DNA from: a virus
Lineage: Duplodnaviria > Heunggongvirae > Uroviricota > Caudoviricetes
Direction: 5' to 3' (one strand)
Length of the DNA: 33,953 nucleotides
Virus record (IMG/VR): IMGVR_UViG_2534682338_000010
Coordinates: 1 to 33,953 of that record
Position 1 is the first letter of the stretch; each line of letters starts with the position of its first letter. A program made the translations under genes and the position numbers. Under the pieces are notes generated by a model. The model did not search any database and had not been told where the DNA came from. It was given only the letters and a program-made list of their open reading frames with translations. Positions 1-9,700 of this stretch are shown in pieces.

Positions 1-273
1 ATGAACATCGGTAAAGCAATCATCAACTACGCAGCACGTCGCAACATGGACATTACCTTGATTGGCGATGAGACCGTAGCGTTCTGGGAAGCGGATAACG
101 ATTGTGAATGGATGTTCTCCTACATGATTGGTAATGATGGTTTCCTCCACTTTAAAGGCAATGTGTATCTGCCGCAGGAGATTAAAGAAGAATTACCGGC
201 GTGCATCGATACAGACAAGAAGCTGAAAGAAGTAATCAACTTTATCGCTAAAGAGTTTATCAGCAAGAAGTAA
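1..273 (+). CDS. hypothetical protein (ATG at window position 1; true N-terminus may lie upstream of the window)
   Basis: 90-aa ORF from the six-frame track; coding-like composition; no recognisable motif. Confidence 0.5.
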   Translation: MNIGKAIINYAARRNMDITLIGDETVAFWEADNDCEWMFSYMIGNDGFLHFKGNVYLPQEIKEELPACIDTDKKLKEVINFIAKEFISKK

Positions 274-285
274 GGCAGCAAAACA

Positions 286-672
286 ATGTTCAATATCATG
301 ATTCGTAAATTTGGTGAGATGACTTTCGAGAAAGCTGGTGTTGCGCGTACAGAAGAAGAAGCAATGGCCTTAGTTCTGGTAGCACTGAGATCATCAACTG
401 AGATTATCGACGCTGAATATGTAGCCGCAGAAGGTGAGATTAACGAGATTAAAGCGGTGGCTAAGGAATTAGGTGTTAAAGGTTTCCGTAAGCTGAGACT
501 ATCCCGCGAGTCATATGTAATTGGTAAGCAAGGACAATACCTAGATGAGAATACCGTGATTATTCTACTGAATAAGATCACCCGCTATGGTTTCCAGATT
601 GAGCAATATAAAACGTGTTTCGAATTATACGAAAAAGGTTTGCTGGATACTCTGACCATCGTTCGCGCTTAA
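286..672 (+). CDS. hypothetical protein
   Basis: 128-aa ORF; AAGG Shine-Dalgarno-like element upstream of the ATG; followed by an intrinsic terminator. Confidence 0.6.
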   Translation: MFNIMIRKFGEMTFEKAGVARTEEEAMALVLVALRSSTEIIDAEYVAAEGEINEIKAVAKELGVKGFRKLRLSRESYVIGKQGQYLDENTVIILLNKITRYGFQIEQYKTCFELYEKGLLDTLTIVRA

Positions 673-686
673 TTAATTTCTAATTT

Positions 687-712
687 GGTGGGTGTAATTC
701 CCACCGCTTTTT
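687..712 (+). terminator. rho-independent terminator
   Basis: stem GGTGGG/CCCACC (687-692 / 700-705), 7-nt loop, then TTTTT. Confidence 0.6.
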
Positions 713-728
713 AAATGGAGAATCAAAC

Positions 729-809
729 ATGTTAGCTTTTATCTCATTCGTGGGAGGTAGTCTCACAACTATGATTAGTCTTTCTTATCTTGTCGTTAGT
801 ATGGGGTGA
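729..809 (+). CDS. possible 26-aa hydrophobic micropeptide (MLAFISFVGGSLTTMISLSYLVVSMG)
   Basis: ATG 9 nt downstream of GGAG; below the ORF-track length cut-off; speculative. Confidence 0.2.
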   Translation: MLAFISFVGGSLTTMISLSYLVVSMG

Positions 810-812
810 GCA

Positions 813-938
813 ATGAAACAATTTCATGATGGCATTTCATCCAAGACATTCAAGAAAGAATATAGCGGATTGTGTATTAACTGGATTGATTTGATTGGTG
901 CGGTTGTGTTTGGTCTGGTAATTAGCATCAATTTTTAA
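813..938 (+). CDS. possible 41-aa small membrane protein (C-terminal hydrophobic helix WIDLIGAVVFGLVISINF)
   Basis: short ORF in an otherwise gene-free 300-bp gap; weak SD; speculative. Confidence 0.25.
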   Translation: MKQFHDGISSKTFKKEYSGLCINWIDLIGAVVFGLVISINF

Positions 939-982
939 CGATATAAATATATCGTAATTCAAATAACAAAGAGGATTCTATT

Positions 983-1228
983 ATGAAAAAGATTATCGCT
1001 GGTATCGTTCTTGCTCTGGGTTTGGTTGGTGCTGCAAATGCCGAACAATATGTACAGGGTGATAGTGTCAAACGTGCTGCCGTTGCACCTTCTTTAAATC
1101 AACTGTGTACTGAATTAGCACAGGTTGCCGGAGTTGGTGACGATGACGACTTTATTACTGCGTGTGTATGGAGTCATATCGAGGATATTAATAAACGTGA
1201 TGCAAAACTAACTGGAAAGAAATATTAA
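983..1228 (+). CDS. small secreted/periplasmic protein with Sec signal peptide
   Basis: N-terminus MKKIIAGIVLALGLVGAANA followed by EQ (AxA cleavage motif, no lipobox Cys); AGAGGA SD 7 nt upstream of the ATG. Confidence 0.6.
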   Translation: MKKIIAGIVLALGLVGAANAEQYVQGDSVKRAAVAPSLNQLCTELAQVAGVGDDDDFITACVWSHIEDINKRDAKLTGKKY

Positions 1229-1244
1229 TGACTTACTAACCAAT

Positions 1245-1284
1245 GCCCCTATCGTTATAATACACGGTAGGGGCGTTTTTGTTT
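1245..1284 (+). terminator. rho-independent terminator
   Basis: 10-bp stem GCCCCTATCG / CGGTAGGGGC followed by GTTTTTGTTT. Confidence 0.6.
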
Positions 1285-1293
1285 GGAAATGGT

Positions 1294-2973
1294 ATGAAAA
1301 CTAAACTATATTCGTATATTCGCTTCTCGTCTATGCGTCAGAGTGATGGTTCGAGTTATGAACGACAAATCAGGATGGCGAGAGAGATTGCGGCAAAGTA
1401 TGACCTTGAACTGGTAAATGATTATCAGGATCTGGGTGTATCTGCGTTTAAGGGTGCTAACTCTAAAACAGGGGCGCTATCTCGTTTCCTTGATGCAATT
1501 GGTAGATCCGTTCCTGTTGGTAGCTGGCTATTCATTGAAAACTTGGACCGCTTATCCCGTGCCGATATTGTCAGTGCGCAGGAGTTATTCCTTTCAATCA
1601 TCCGTAGGGGAATAACCATTGTTACTGGCATGGATAACAAGATCTACTCGCTGGATACTGTTACCGCTAATCCGATGGACCTGATGTTCTCCATCCTTTT
1701 ATTCATCCGTGGTAATGAGGAAAGTCAGACTAAGCGCAATCGTACTAATTCAAGCGCACTGATTAAGATTAAAGCCCATCAAGAAAATCCCCAGAATCCG
1801 GCAGTGGCAATCGAGGAAGTTGGAAAGAATATGTGGTGGACGGATACCACTTCCGGTTATGTGCTGCCTCATCCGGTGTACTTCCCTGTTGTTCAGGATA
1901 TTGTGGAATTGCGGAAGAATGGACGTTCAACCGCCGAGATACTGGATCACCTTAACGAGACTTATACACCGCCACCAGCGGTTAGCAACAAGAAGCATTC
2001 AAAATGGTCACGGGCAATGGTTGAAAGGTTGTTTCATACCCGCGCTTTGATTGGTATCAAGGAGGTCTCTGTAGATGGCGTTAACTATGAGTTAAAGGAT
2101 TATTACCCTCGTGTTATTGATGACCCTACGTTCTATCACCTTAAGAAAAATATTGGTGCTAGAGCATGGAACTTTGGAGACAAGGAAGAAGTTAAACCGA
2201 TCCCCCTGCTTAGTGGTATTGGCCTATTGAAATGTGATCATTGCGGTTGCGCTATGGTTAAAGTGAAGGGAACGAACAAACGTTCTGACCAGTATCGTTA
2301 TACATGTGATGCGACCCGTTCACGTAGACTTGATTGCGAGCATCCAAACTGGAGTTTTCGAGGGGATCAATTAGAGAAAGCTGTATTGCAATTGCTGGCT
2401 GATAAAATCTGGATTGCTGAGGATAAGGCTAATCCGGTTCCGGCGTTGAAAGTACAGGTTGATGAAATATCACGCAAGATTGATAACCTGATTGCCCTTT
2501 CTGCTATGACAGGAGCAACGAAGGAGCTAGCCGATCAGATTACTACCCTCAATAGCGAGCGTGAAACACTCTACAATCAGATCAAGATGGCAGAAGAGGA
2601 AATGTATTCTGTGGACTCTCAAGGCTGGGAGAAGCTCGCAGAATTTGATTTAGAAGATGTTTATAACGAGGAACGACTAAAGGTCCGGTTTAAGATTAAG
2701 CAAGCTCTAAAGCGGATCGGGTGTAGCAGGATTGACAGAAACAAAAACTTGTTTGTACTGGAATACATCGATGGAAAGACCCAGAGAGTTGTAATAGAAA
2801 ATTCAAGAGGAACGAGGAAAGGCCGGATATTCATTGATTTGAAAACTATCAATGATAGACAGATTCTGGAAAGTAACGGGCTTGTTTTGCATCCATGTTT
2901 AGACATGCTGACAGATAAAGACTGGAAACCAGAAGAGGAAATACCAGGTCCATTACAGGAATTTGGAATTTAA
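1294..2973 (+). CDS. large serine recombinase (resolvase/invertase catalytic domain, recombinase domain, zinc ribbon, coiled coil)
   Basis: N-terminal YSYIRFSSMRQ (catalytic-Ser motif of serine recombinases); ENLDRLSR (conserved DRLGR-type motif); Cys cluster CDHCGC...YRYTC...CEH; 560 aa. Track start is TTG at 1279; ATG at 1294 preferred. Confidence 0.85.
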   Translation: MKTKLYSYIRFSSMRQSDGSSYERQIRMAREIAAKYDLELVNDYQDLGVSAFKGANSKTGALSRFLDAIGRSVPVGSWLFIENLDRLSRADIVSAQELFLSIIRRGITIVTGMDNKIYSLDTVTANPMDLMFSILLFIRGNEESQTKRNRTNSSALIKIKAHQENPQNPAVAIEEVGKNMWWTDTTSGYVLPHPVYFPVVQDIVELRKNGRSTAEILDHLNETYTPPPAVSNKKHSKWSRAMVERLFHTRALIGIKEVSVDGVNYELKDYYPRVIDDPTFYHLKKNIGARAWNFGDKEEVKPIPLLSGIGLLKCDHCGCAMVKVKGTNKRSDQYRYTCDATRSRRLDCEHPNWSFRGDQLEKAVLQLLADKIWIAEDKANPVPALKVQVDEISRKIDNLIALSAMTGATKELADQITTLNSERETLYNQIKMAEEEMYSVDSQGWEKLAEFDLEDVYNEERLKVRFKIKQALKRIGCSRIDRNKNLFVLEYIDGKTQRVVIENSRGTRKGRIFIDLKTINDRQILESNGLVLHPCLDMLTDKDWKPEEEIPGPLQEFGI

Positions 2974-3010
2974 GCGGCCTAAATCGACGTATAACGAGCT
3001 AAAACAGTTA

Positions 3011-3036
3011 AGGGGTACATTCGTACCCCTTTTTTA
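3011..3036 (+). terminator. rho-independent terminator
   Basis: stem AGGGGTAC / GTACCCCT with loop ATTC, then TTTTTT. Confidence 0.65.
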
Positions 3037-3241
3037 ATTTAATTGCATTAGGCAGCGTAAGCAAGTTTCATAGTAGTTTCCTCTAAAATAATAAGTTCAC
3101 TACTATTTATCAGAGAAAATTGTCTTACTATTGCATTCTCTATCTGGATGTGGGTATAGGCGGGATTGAATACGGCAAAACTGAAACATTCCACTACTGC
3201 AATAAATCACTAAACAATATAAAGAATATTGCAAGTGTGGA

Positions 3242-4741
3242 GTGGAACTAATGCAAGATATTAAAATTCATTTTCAAGATTACAGTTTCGTTAAGGTTGA
3301 TTGCTCTCCTTCTATCGGAATGGAATTAAGAGATTATTTCTCGTTTGAGGTTGAAGGGGCTAGGTTTAGCCCCCGTTACAAGTATTCTGGCTGGGATGGA
3401 CGAATAAGACTGTTTACGCATGAAAACACCCTACCAATTGGACTATTAAAAACGTTGGGTGTCTTTGTTAAAAATATGGGGTATTCAGTCTGGATTGACC
3501 CTAGATTGCTTGAGAAGGAAGATGTAACCAAAGACGCGATTAATGAATGGATTGATTCCTTAGAAGTGTATTCCGGTTCCAATAAAATCAATCCTTACTG
3601 GTATCAAAGGGAGGCAGTCTTTCAGGGTATTCATAATCGCCGTAGAATGCTGGTTCTTCCTACCAGTGCGGGTAAGTCATTGATTGCTTGTATGCTGTCT
3701 CGTTGGTACTTAGAGAACTACACCGGAAAAGTTCTAATCATTGTCCCTACTACATCGCTGGTGGTTCAAATGAGGGATGATTTTGTCGATTATAGGCTAT
3801 TCCCTTATGAAGCAATTCATACAATGATGAGTGGTAGCGGGAAACATCCGGGAGACAGGTTAATCACGGTTAGTACCTGGCAATCAGCTTGCAAGATGCC
3901 TCCTGAATGGTTCCGACAATATGGAATGTTGATAGTTGATGAATCACATAAGGCTAGTGCCAAAAATATTACCAATATCATTAACGGAATGAATCATTGT
4001 CAATTTAAGATCGGCATGACTGGTTCCCCGAAAGAATCAAAGTGCCATTTAATGCAGTATGTCGGGCTTTTCGGTGATATTTCTAAGATCGTGAGTATTG
4101 ACCGCCTGATGGAAGAAGGGCAGGTGACAAAACTGAAAATTAACTGTCTTTTCCTTCGTTATACCGATGAGGAATGTAGCGCGGTTAAGGGGAGAGAATA
4201 TGCGGAAGAGATCAAGTATATTACGTCTAACCCACGACGAAATAAGTTTGCTTGTAATTTGGCGCTAAAACTCGCTAAGAAGGGCGAAAACGTATTCCTG
4301 ATGTTCCGCAATACTAAGCACGGAAAACTTATGTATGATGCGTTACAGAAGGTACACGACAAGGTTTATTATATTGACGGTGGAGTTAAGACAGAAGAAC
4401 GTGATGAATTTAAGAAATTAGCGGAAGGGGAAACAGGGATCATTTGCGTTGCATCCTATGGTGTGTTCTCTACTGGTGTTTCAATTAAGAACTTGCACCA
4501 TGTTATTTTCGGTCATCCAGTGAAGGAATCAACTATCGTTCGTCAGAGTATCGGTCGTGCATTGCGTAAACATGGTTCTAAGGATATTGCAACGGTCTGG
4601 GATCTTATAGATCATCTGTGTATATTCGGTCGTAACGGAAAAGTCAAGCATAAAAATTATGCGGTAAAACATGCACTTGAGAGAATACGCTATTATCTAA
4701 CCGACAAGTTCAGCTATGCAACTAAAACAATTGCTATATAA
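3242..4741 (+). CDS. SF2 DExH helicase, UvsW-like (branch-migration/recombination helicase family)
   Basis: Walker A LPTSAGKS, motif II LIVDESH, motif VI QSIGRALRKHG; 499 aa; overall resemblance to T4 UvsW as recalled from memory. Confidence 0.8.
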   Translation: MELMQDIKIHFQDYSFVKVDCSPSIGMELRDYFSFEVEGARFSPRYKYSGWDGRIRLFTHENTLPIGLLKTLGVFVKNMGYSVWIDPRLLEKEDVTKDAINEWIDSLEVYSGSNKINPYWYQREAVFQGIHNRRRMLVLPTSAGKSLIACMLSRWYLENYTGKVLIIVPTTSLVVQMRDDFVDYRLFPYEAIHTMMSGSGKHPGDRLITVSTWQSACKMPPEWFRQYGMLIVDESHKASAKNITNIINGMNHCQFKIGMTGSPKESKCHLMQYVGLFGDISKIVSIDRLMEEGQVTKLKINCLFLRYTDEECSAVKGREYAEEIKYITSNPRRNKFACNLALKLAKKGENVFLMFRNTKHGKLMYDALQKVHDKVYYIDGGVKTEERDEFKKLAEGETGIICVASYGVFSTGVSIKNLHHVIFGHPVKESTIVRQSIGRALRKHGSKDIATVWDLIDHLCIFGRNGKVKHKNYAVKHALERIRYYLTDKFSYATKTIAI

Positions 4742-4742
4742 C

Positions 4743-4770
4743 AAAAAAGCGCCCACTAGAGGCGCTTTAA
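4743..4770. terminator. bidirectional intrinsic terminator between convergent helicase and endolysin genes
   Basis: stem AGCGCC / GGCGCT flanked by an A-run on one side and a T-rich run on the other. Confidence 0.55.
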
Positions 4771-4772
4771 TT

Positions 4773-5126
4773 TTATCCATTCCATCGTGATTTTTTCGAT
4801 CTGGAATCGATATGCGTAAAGGTTTTATATTTGCCTAAGCCGTATTGAGTAGGGTATTTCCCATCAAGATAAGCATGGACAATATCAGGGGAGACACCCT
4901 TGATCACAATGTCAGCCGCACGGCCTCGAACGTGATAGCTGTTGGTTGCACCGCCTACATTCTTGTTATGAGTCGGGCAACGGTTGCCACTGTTAATAAT
5001 CACTGGTTTACCGAAGTGCTCTCGTACATCCTCAAGAATTACCAGTAATTCAGCGTCGATTGTATCATAATCACATTTTCCGCATTTACATTTAAATTCC
5101 TTGCGAGAAAAATGTTTGCTTAACAT
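4773..5126 (-). CDS. endolysin, peptidase M15 family (zinc D-Ala-D-Ala carboxypeptidase / L-Ala-D-Glu peptidase fold)
   Basis: SGNRCPTHNKNVGGATNSYHVRGRAADI...THID matches the His/Asp zinc-ligand pattern of the M15 family; last gene of the late operon. Confidence 0.75.
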   Translation of the reverse strand: MLSKHFSRKEFKCKCGKCDYDTIDAELLVILEDVREHFGKPVIINSGNRCPTHNKNVGGATNSYHVRGRAADIVIKGVSPDIVHAYLDGKYPTQYGLGKYKTFTHIDSRSKKSRWNG

Positions 5127-5135
5127 ATTACCCCC

Positions 5136-5483
5136 TTAGATCATTTCGAAGATATAACCAATAAAGCGCATACCCTTGATATAATAAGGAGCAGTGCCTA
5201 CACACACCGCGCGTGCATCACCCAGACAGTTAAAGCTATAAGGATTAACCACATCAACTTCTTGTCCTACACGAAAACGATACTTAGGACGTTTAGCCAA
5301 TGTAGCGACACAAAACACGGTCCCTTTTTCATGATCGCGGATACATTCTTTATATTGTTTATGTTTAACTCTCTTCGCCTCAAAATCATGTGTCATGGAT
5401 TCTGGGCTAATGCCATTAATAAAAATACCGGAAAGCTGGTCGACCGGATAAGTAGGAAATTCAGTGAAAATATTTTTAGCCAT
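5136..5483 (-). CDS. hypothetical protein
   Basis: 115-aa ORF tightly packed in the operon. Confidence 0.5.
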   Translation of the reverse strand: MAKNIFTEFPTYPVDQLSGIFINGISPESMTHDFEAKRVKHKQYKECIRDHEKGTVFCVATLAKRPKYRFRVGQEVDVVNPYSFNCLGDARAVCVGTAPYYIKGMRFIGYIFEMI

Positions 5484-5521
5484 GTTATACCCCCATAAGA
5501 TTCTATGAGGGTATTTATGTA

Positions 5522-6205
5522 TTAAACGTATCTCATGCGCGATTTAATGTGCTTATTAATGTTCTTAAGCATCATTTCCTCGTTGCTTTCCCACGATCCT
5601 AGCGTCGAATAACGAGTAGAAATTTTATCCGACTTAACGGCAACAATTCGCTTACTCTGTTTCTGTGTGCGTTTCTCTAAGCGACGTTTTGCCACCGCCG
5701 ATCCATTCTTAGCGCGTTTGGTTCTGGATTTCTTAGGCTTGTACTTCTTCATGATAAAAGTCCCTTCCTTATTCTCTACCTTGATGAAGTTGCCATTTTC
5801 GATGTTACGCATCATCTTACCGCCTTTGATGGCCTTAATGTTCCCGTGGGCGTCTAAGACCTTACCGTTAGCGATTGGCACTAGCTTATTGATTTTGCCC
5901 CCATCGAAATAGTGTTTCAGATAGTCGTCCTGACTGCCGATCTTCTTGTCCTTATCCCTTGCGCCCTTAATGAAGATTTGGTGTCTCGTCCCTGAACGGT
6001 TCTTGTAGTTGGTATTACCTACAGCTTGCTGAGTCCAGCGAGTAGGTCTATCAACATTCTTGTTAATCTTCTTCTGTAGTGCACGAGCAGCAAAGATCGC
6101 CCCTTCCCCTATCGCCCTTTCGAATGTATCGGTTGCCTTTTCAGACCATTGCCGTAACGCTTTCTTAGTCCTTAGAGCGTTTCGTTTATTGGTACTGGTT
6201 GCCAT
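5522..6205 (-). CDS. hypothetical highly basic (Lys/Arg-rich) protein
   Basis: 227-aa ORF; very basic composition suggests nucleic-acid binding; no motif recognised. Confidence 0.55.
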   Translation of the reverse strand: MATSTNKRNALRTKKALRQWSEKATDTFERAIGEGAIFAARALQKKINKNVDRPTRWTQQAVGNTNYKNRSGTRHQIFIKGARDKDKKIGSQDDYLKHYFDGGKINKLVPIANGKVLDAHGNIKAIKGGKMMRNIENGNFIKVENKEGTFIMKKYKPKKSRTKRAKNGSAVAKRRLEKRTQKQSKRIVAVKSDKISTRYSTLGSWESNEEMMLKNINKHIKSRMRYV

Positions 6206-6206
6206 G

Positions 6207-6377
6207 TTAGCCCCCTAATAACGAAAAGACCCCCGCCAGTGTCCTTAGCAATTGTTCATCCACGGTCATAGCCGGGAGTTCAAGCCCAAAGGACGTTAGC
6301 AGAGGTCTAATTGCTACGTTATAAGTGAGGGCGACAATCAAGAGATAACCAAAATATTTCTTAAGTTTATTCTTCAT
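6207..6377 (-). CDS. small membrane protein, holin candidate
   Basis: ATG preceded by AAGGGGTGA; about 56 aa with one hydrophobic helix (YFGYLLIVALTYNVAI); track ORF begins at an upstream TTG (6449). Confidence 0.4.
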   Translation of the reverse strand: MKNKLKKYFGYLLIVALTYNVAIRPLLTSFGLELPAMTVDEQLLRTLAGVFSLLGG

Positions 6378-6396
6378 ATATTCACCCCTTTTATTA

Positions 6397-6675
6397 TTAT
6401 TTTTGTCTGAGTAAATCGATAACTTGGTCAAATTTAGCGTCCATCGCAACCACTTTCTTTTCTATACCGTGAAGGGTTTGTTCCATGCGATAAACTCTCT
6501 CGGCGATCTGGTCGTGGTTATTCTGCATTGTTTCAAACTTCTGATTAAACAATGCATCATTGGACTCTAATTTCGACAATCTATTTTCTGTGGCTAATTG
6601 ATTTCGGTGAAGTCTCCATAATCCACCACAAATTAAGGCGATAACACCGATACCGCCATATATAATTTCAGTCAT
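6397..6675 (-). CDS. membrane-anchored coiled-coil protein (i-spanin-like or holin-like)
   Basis: N-terminal TM segment GGIGVIALICGGLW followed by a heptad-like hydrophilic domain; sits in the lysis module. Confidence 0.5.
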   Translation of the reverse strand: MTEIIYGGIGVIALICGGLWRLHRNQLATENRLSKLESNDALFNQKFETMQNNHDQIAERVYRMEQTLHGIEKKVVAMDAKFDQVIDLLRQK

Positions 6676-6720
6676 TACGCCCCCGATATTTTTATATAGT
6701 TTAATGGCAAAATTATTTAG

Positions 6721-6762
6721 ATAAAAATAATCCCGCCTAACTCAAAAGAATTAAGCGGGATT
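6721..6762 (-). terminator. intrinsic terminator after the J-like gene
   Basis: inverted repeat AATCCCGC / GCGGGATT with a U-tract on the minus strand. Confidence 0.5.
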
Positions 6763-6780
6763 TATTATTAAAATTAAATT

Positions 6781-9700
6781 TTAAGAAACAGTAATACCGG
6801 TAGTTGCTTTTTTAGTTACCATTACCGTTAAATCACTGATCCATGTGCTAGGCGTCCAGTTGTTGATTGCGCTTGATTGCACTTCAAAGGTCAAGGTCAC
6901 AGCACCCTTACCCGCTGGCATATCAATAACACCTGAGTAAAGACCAGTATTACCGCCATACGCCCTATTATACAACTCTGACCCATTCTTACGAACAATC
7001 AGGCGACAGGTGTCGTAATAGGTATTATTGTTCGACCCTTCACGCGCTCGCAATCCACCAAAACTAACAGCCGGAATAACGATTTGACGATCGAACTTGT
7101 GATCATCTTCAACGCGAACAGTGACCGTTCCCTGTGGATAACCAGCATAACCATTATCAACGTTAACATCACGATGCGGGAACTTACGTCCAATCACCTT
7201 AACGAAATCACCCTTAACCTGAGTAGCTTCAAGCATACCCTTAATAACACAGCTAGAGTTAATCGTGACGTTGTTCAGAGTACCAGAATCAGCAGTGATA
7301 TTACCTTTAACGGTTGCATTCATGAACGTAGCGGACCCGTTCTTGTTGATATGCCATCCGGTGGACCCGTTCCAGTTGGAAGACTGGATATAGTTACCGA
7401 TTTTAGCGTTATCAATTGCACCGTTTACGATCTTCGCGTTAGTGATTGCCCCGTCCTGAATCTTCGCGCTGTTAATTGCAGCATTGCCGATTTTAGCCGT
7501 GGTAATTGCCGCATCATTAATCTGGGCTGTACCAATTGCAGCATTACGAATCATCGCATTATCGAGATAAACCTTGTTACCTTCGATACCAAACGGGCAT
7601 ACTTCCGATCCGTTCTGTGGAGCTACCGCGATTTTATCAGCATTAAAGATGATTCTCGTCGGTTGTGCCGGATCGTTGGTTGCGCTCATGTGAATACCAG
7701 CCACGCGACCATCTGCATTAACCGCCAGATTATATTTGCTGTTAATGGTTCCCTTCAAAGCATCGATTTTTACATCTGCTTCCTGATTCACGCCAGCAAT
7801 CTTGCCATCCATTTCTACCCGAACTTGATCAATCTTGCTTGCGCTTGCTGCCTCACTGGTAGCAATTGCTTGTTTCAGGGTAGTAGCAGATGCGCTAACT
7901 TCTTTGGTGATATCGCCTTTCAATTCAGCTTTAACCTGGTCGATCTTAGTGGAACTTGCTTGATCACCAGAGACAATCAGACTCTTGAGAGTATCGGCTG
8001 AGGCTTGCACCGTCTGCCCTGTTTCTGTAGTGATTTGCTTATGCATTGCATCAATTTTAGCATCGGCATTAGCGCCAGCTTGAGCAATAGCATCAGCGAT
8101 GGTTTCATCTAAGCGATCTTGTAAACCAATCAGGTCTTCCAGTGCTTCTTTGTCCTGATCGTCCCAGCTAATTGTAGATCTCATTTGCATGAAATAAGGT
8201 TCAGACCAAACAGCATCATCCATACCGAAAATATCGTAATGTGCCGCACGAAGATAATAATCACCATCAGCCAAATCAAAGGAAGTATGGCTAACACTAT
8301 TCGTGCTTACTGCCCTTGCATCGGAGAAAGTGTTATCGGTTGCATACTGGATGATTGACCCTGCATAATCATGTTCTACGTCATCTGCCCAGCTAACAAA
8401 CACACTATTAAAGCCACCACGCGCACTAAAACCTTTCATTGGCTTATGTTGTGGGTTGATAGCCACTAAACGCGCTGGGGCGCTCTCTGAGTTGTTATAG
8501 CCCTTAGCCGATACTTCTACCGTCAGTTGACGCGAAAGGCCGTTAAACTGGTTCATATCAAGCGTATAAGTCCATGATTCAGGATCGCGGGTACGGTACT
8601 GAATAGACTTACCAGCCTTGTTAGTCACCTTGATAATGTATGCTTCAAACAGGTCACTAAACTTGTTAGTTTCACCGTTGATCTCAACATCTAAGCCTTG
8701 CTGGTTTTCCCATTCGATAATCAGATCATTACCTTCGAAAGTTCCTGGCGTGCTACCCTGATTTTTGATTCGAATAACCGGAGTCGGCAATTCATAGGTA
8801 ACAGTCGGATTCTGGTTAATCAGTTCTACCCAATCGGATCGAGCGATGATACCGAAAGCACAAACTCGGTAATCATAAGAGCGATCTTTTGCCAGTGCAT
8901 TGACACTGAAAATTTGCTGTGAAGTCTGTCCCAGCTTAATCCAGTTAGGCGATCCACTTACACGGTAATCAATCTGGAAGCCGTAGCGGTTAAAATCTTC
9001 CGGTGCATCCCATGTCAAAGTAACGTTTTTACCGTAAATCGTCTCACCAGTTGCCTTAATCCTGAAATTAGTAGGCTTCTGTACTGTCATTGAATCCGGT
9101 AAACCACTTGGTCTATTGTCTGGAGTTGCCGCATAGTTCAGGTCAGTATAAACCTGAGAATTATATTCTGTGGCGGTGATCGTCATCATCCCAGCAATAC
9201 CAGAATCAATCGAGCGGTCAATTGCAGTAATACGCCAAAGTGAATTATTCAGTTTTAATTCATCATAGGTTACGCTGATAACGTCCCAAACTTCGGCAGT
9301 GAATGCGTCAGTAGTCATAAAGCTGATAACCTGAGTGATACGAGATTTATTTCGCTCAATGCTCGCGAGTTTATCAATCTGATCTTTAGACTTAACGAAA
9401 CGATATTCTACATCCTTAGCAATAATTCGACCATCTGCGCGAACAGTAGCATCGTTTTCAGCATCAGCCGGATAACGTAGCATTTGCTCTGAATAGTCAA
9501 TTGATGGTTCTTGATACATCGCGTTAATGGTATTGAAATAACCGTTAGTGCCACCTGTTTTCAGTGATACCTTACCCATCATGATATTGTCTTCATTGAA
9601 GGTATGCTTAACAATATCAGGAGCATCCAGTTTCAGCGTAATACGTCCAAAGGATTCGAACATCACCCCGCCGAAAGTCTGCATAAGATTAGTCAAGTTC

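Noticed and set aside
1279-1293. TTG start for the serine recombinase as given in the ORF track
   Set aside because: The TTG lies inside the U-tract of the upstream terminator; the in-frame ATG at 1294 gives an N-terminus (MKTKLYSYIRFSS...) matching the usual distance from start to catalytic serine.
3037-3241. Three CACTACT-containing direct repeats upstream of the helicase gene as an operator array
   Set aside because: Repeats are short and imperfect, with no clear promoter elements aligned to them; could be chance in AT-rich sequence.
7084-8001. 305-aa plus-strand ORF inside the J-like fibre gene, and similar antisense ORFs at 8698-8922, 9548-9841, 12446-12826, 13446-13891, 17213-17738, 18158-18466, 18953-19309, 22571-23502, 24637-25333 and 26339-28052
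   Set aside because: They lie antisense to long, well-supported structural genes, have low-complexity or odd composition and no RBS; they are shadow ORFs of the opposite-strand coding frame.
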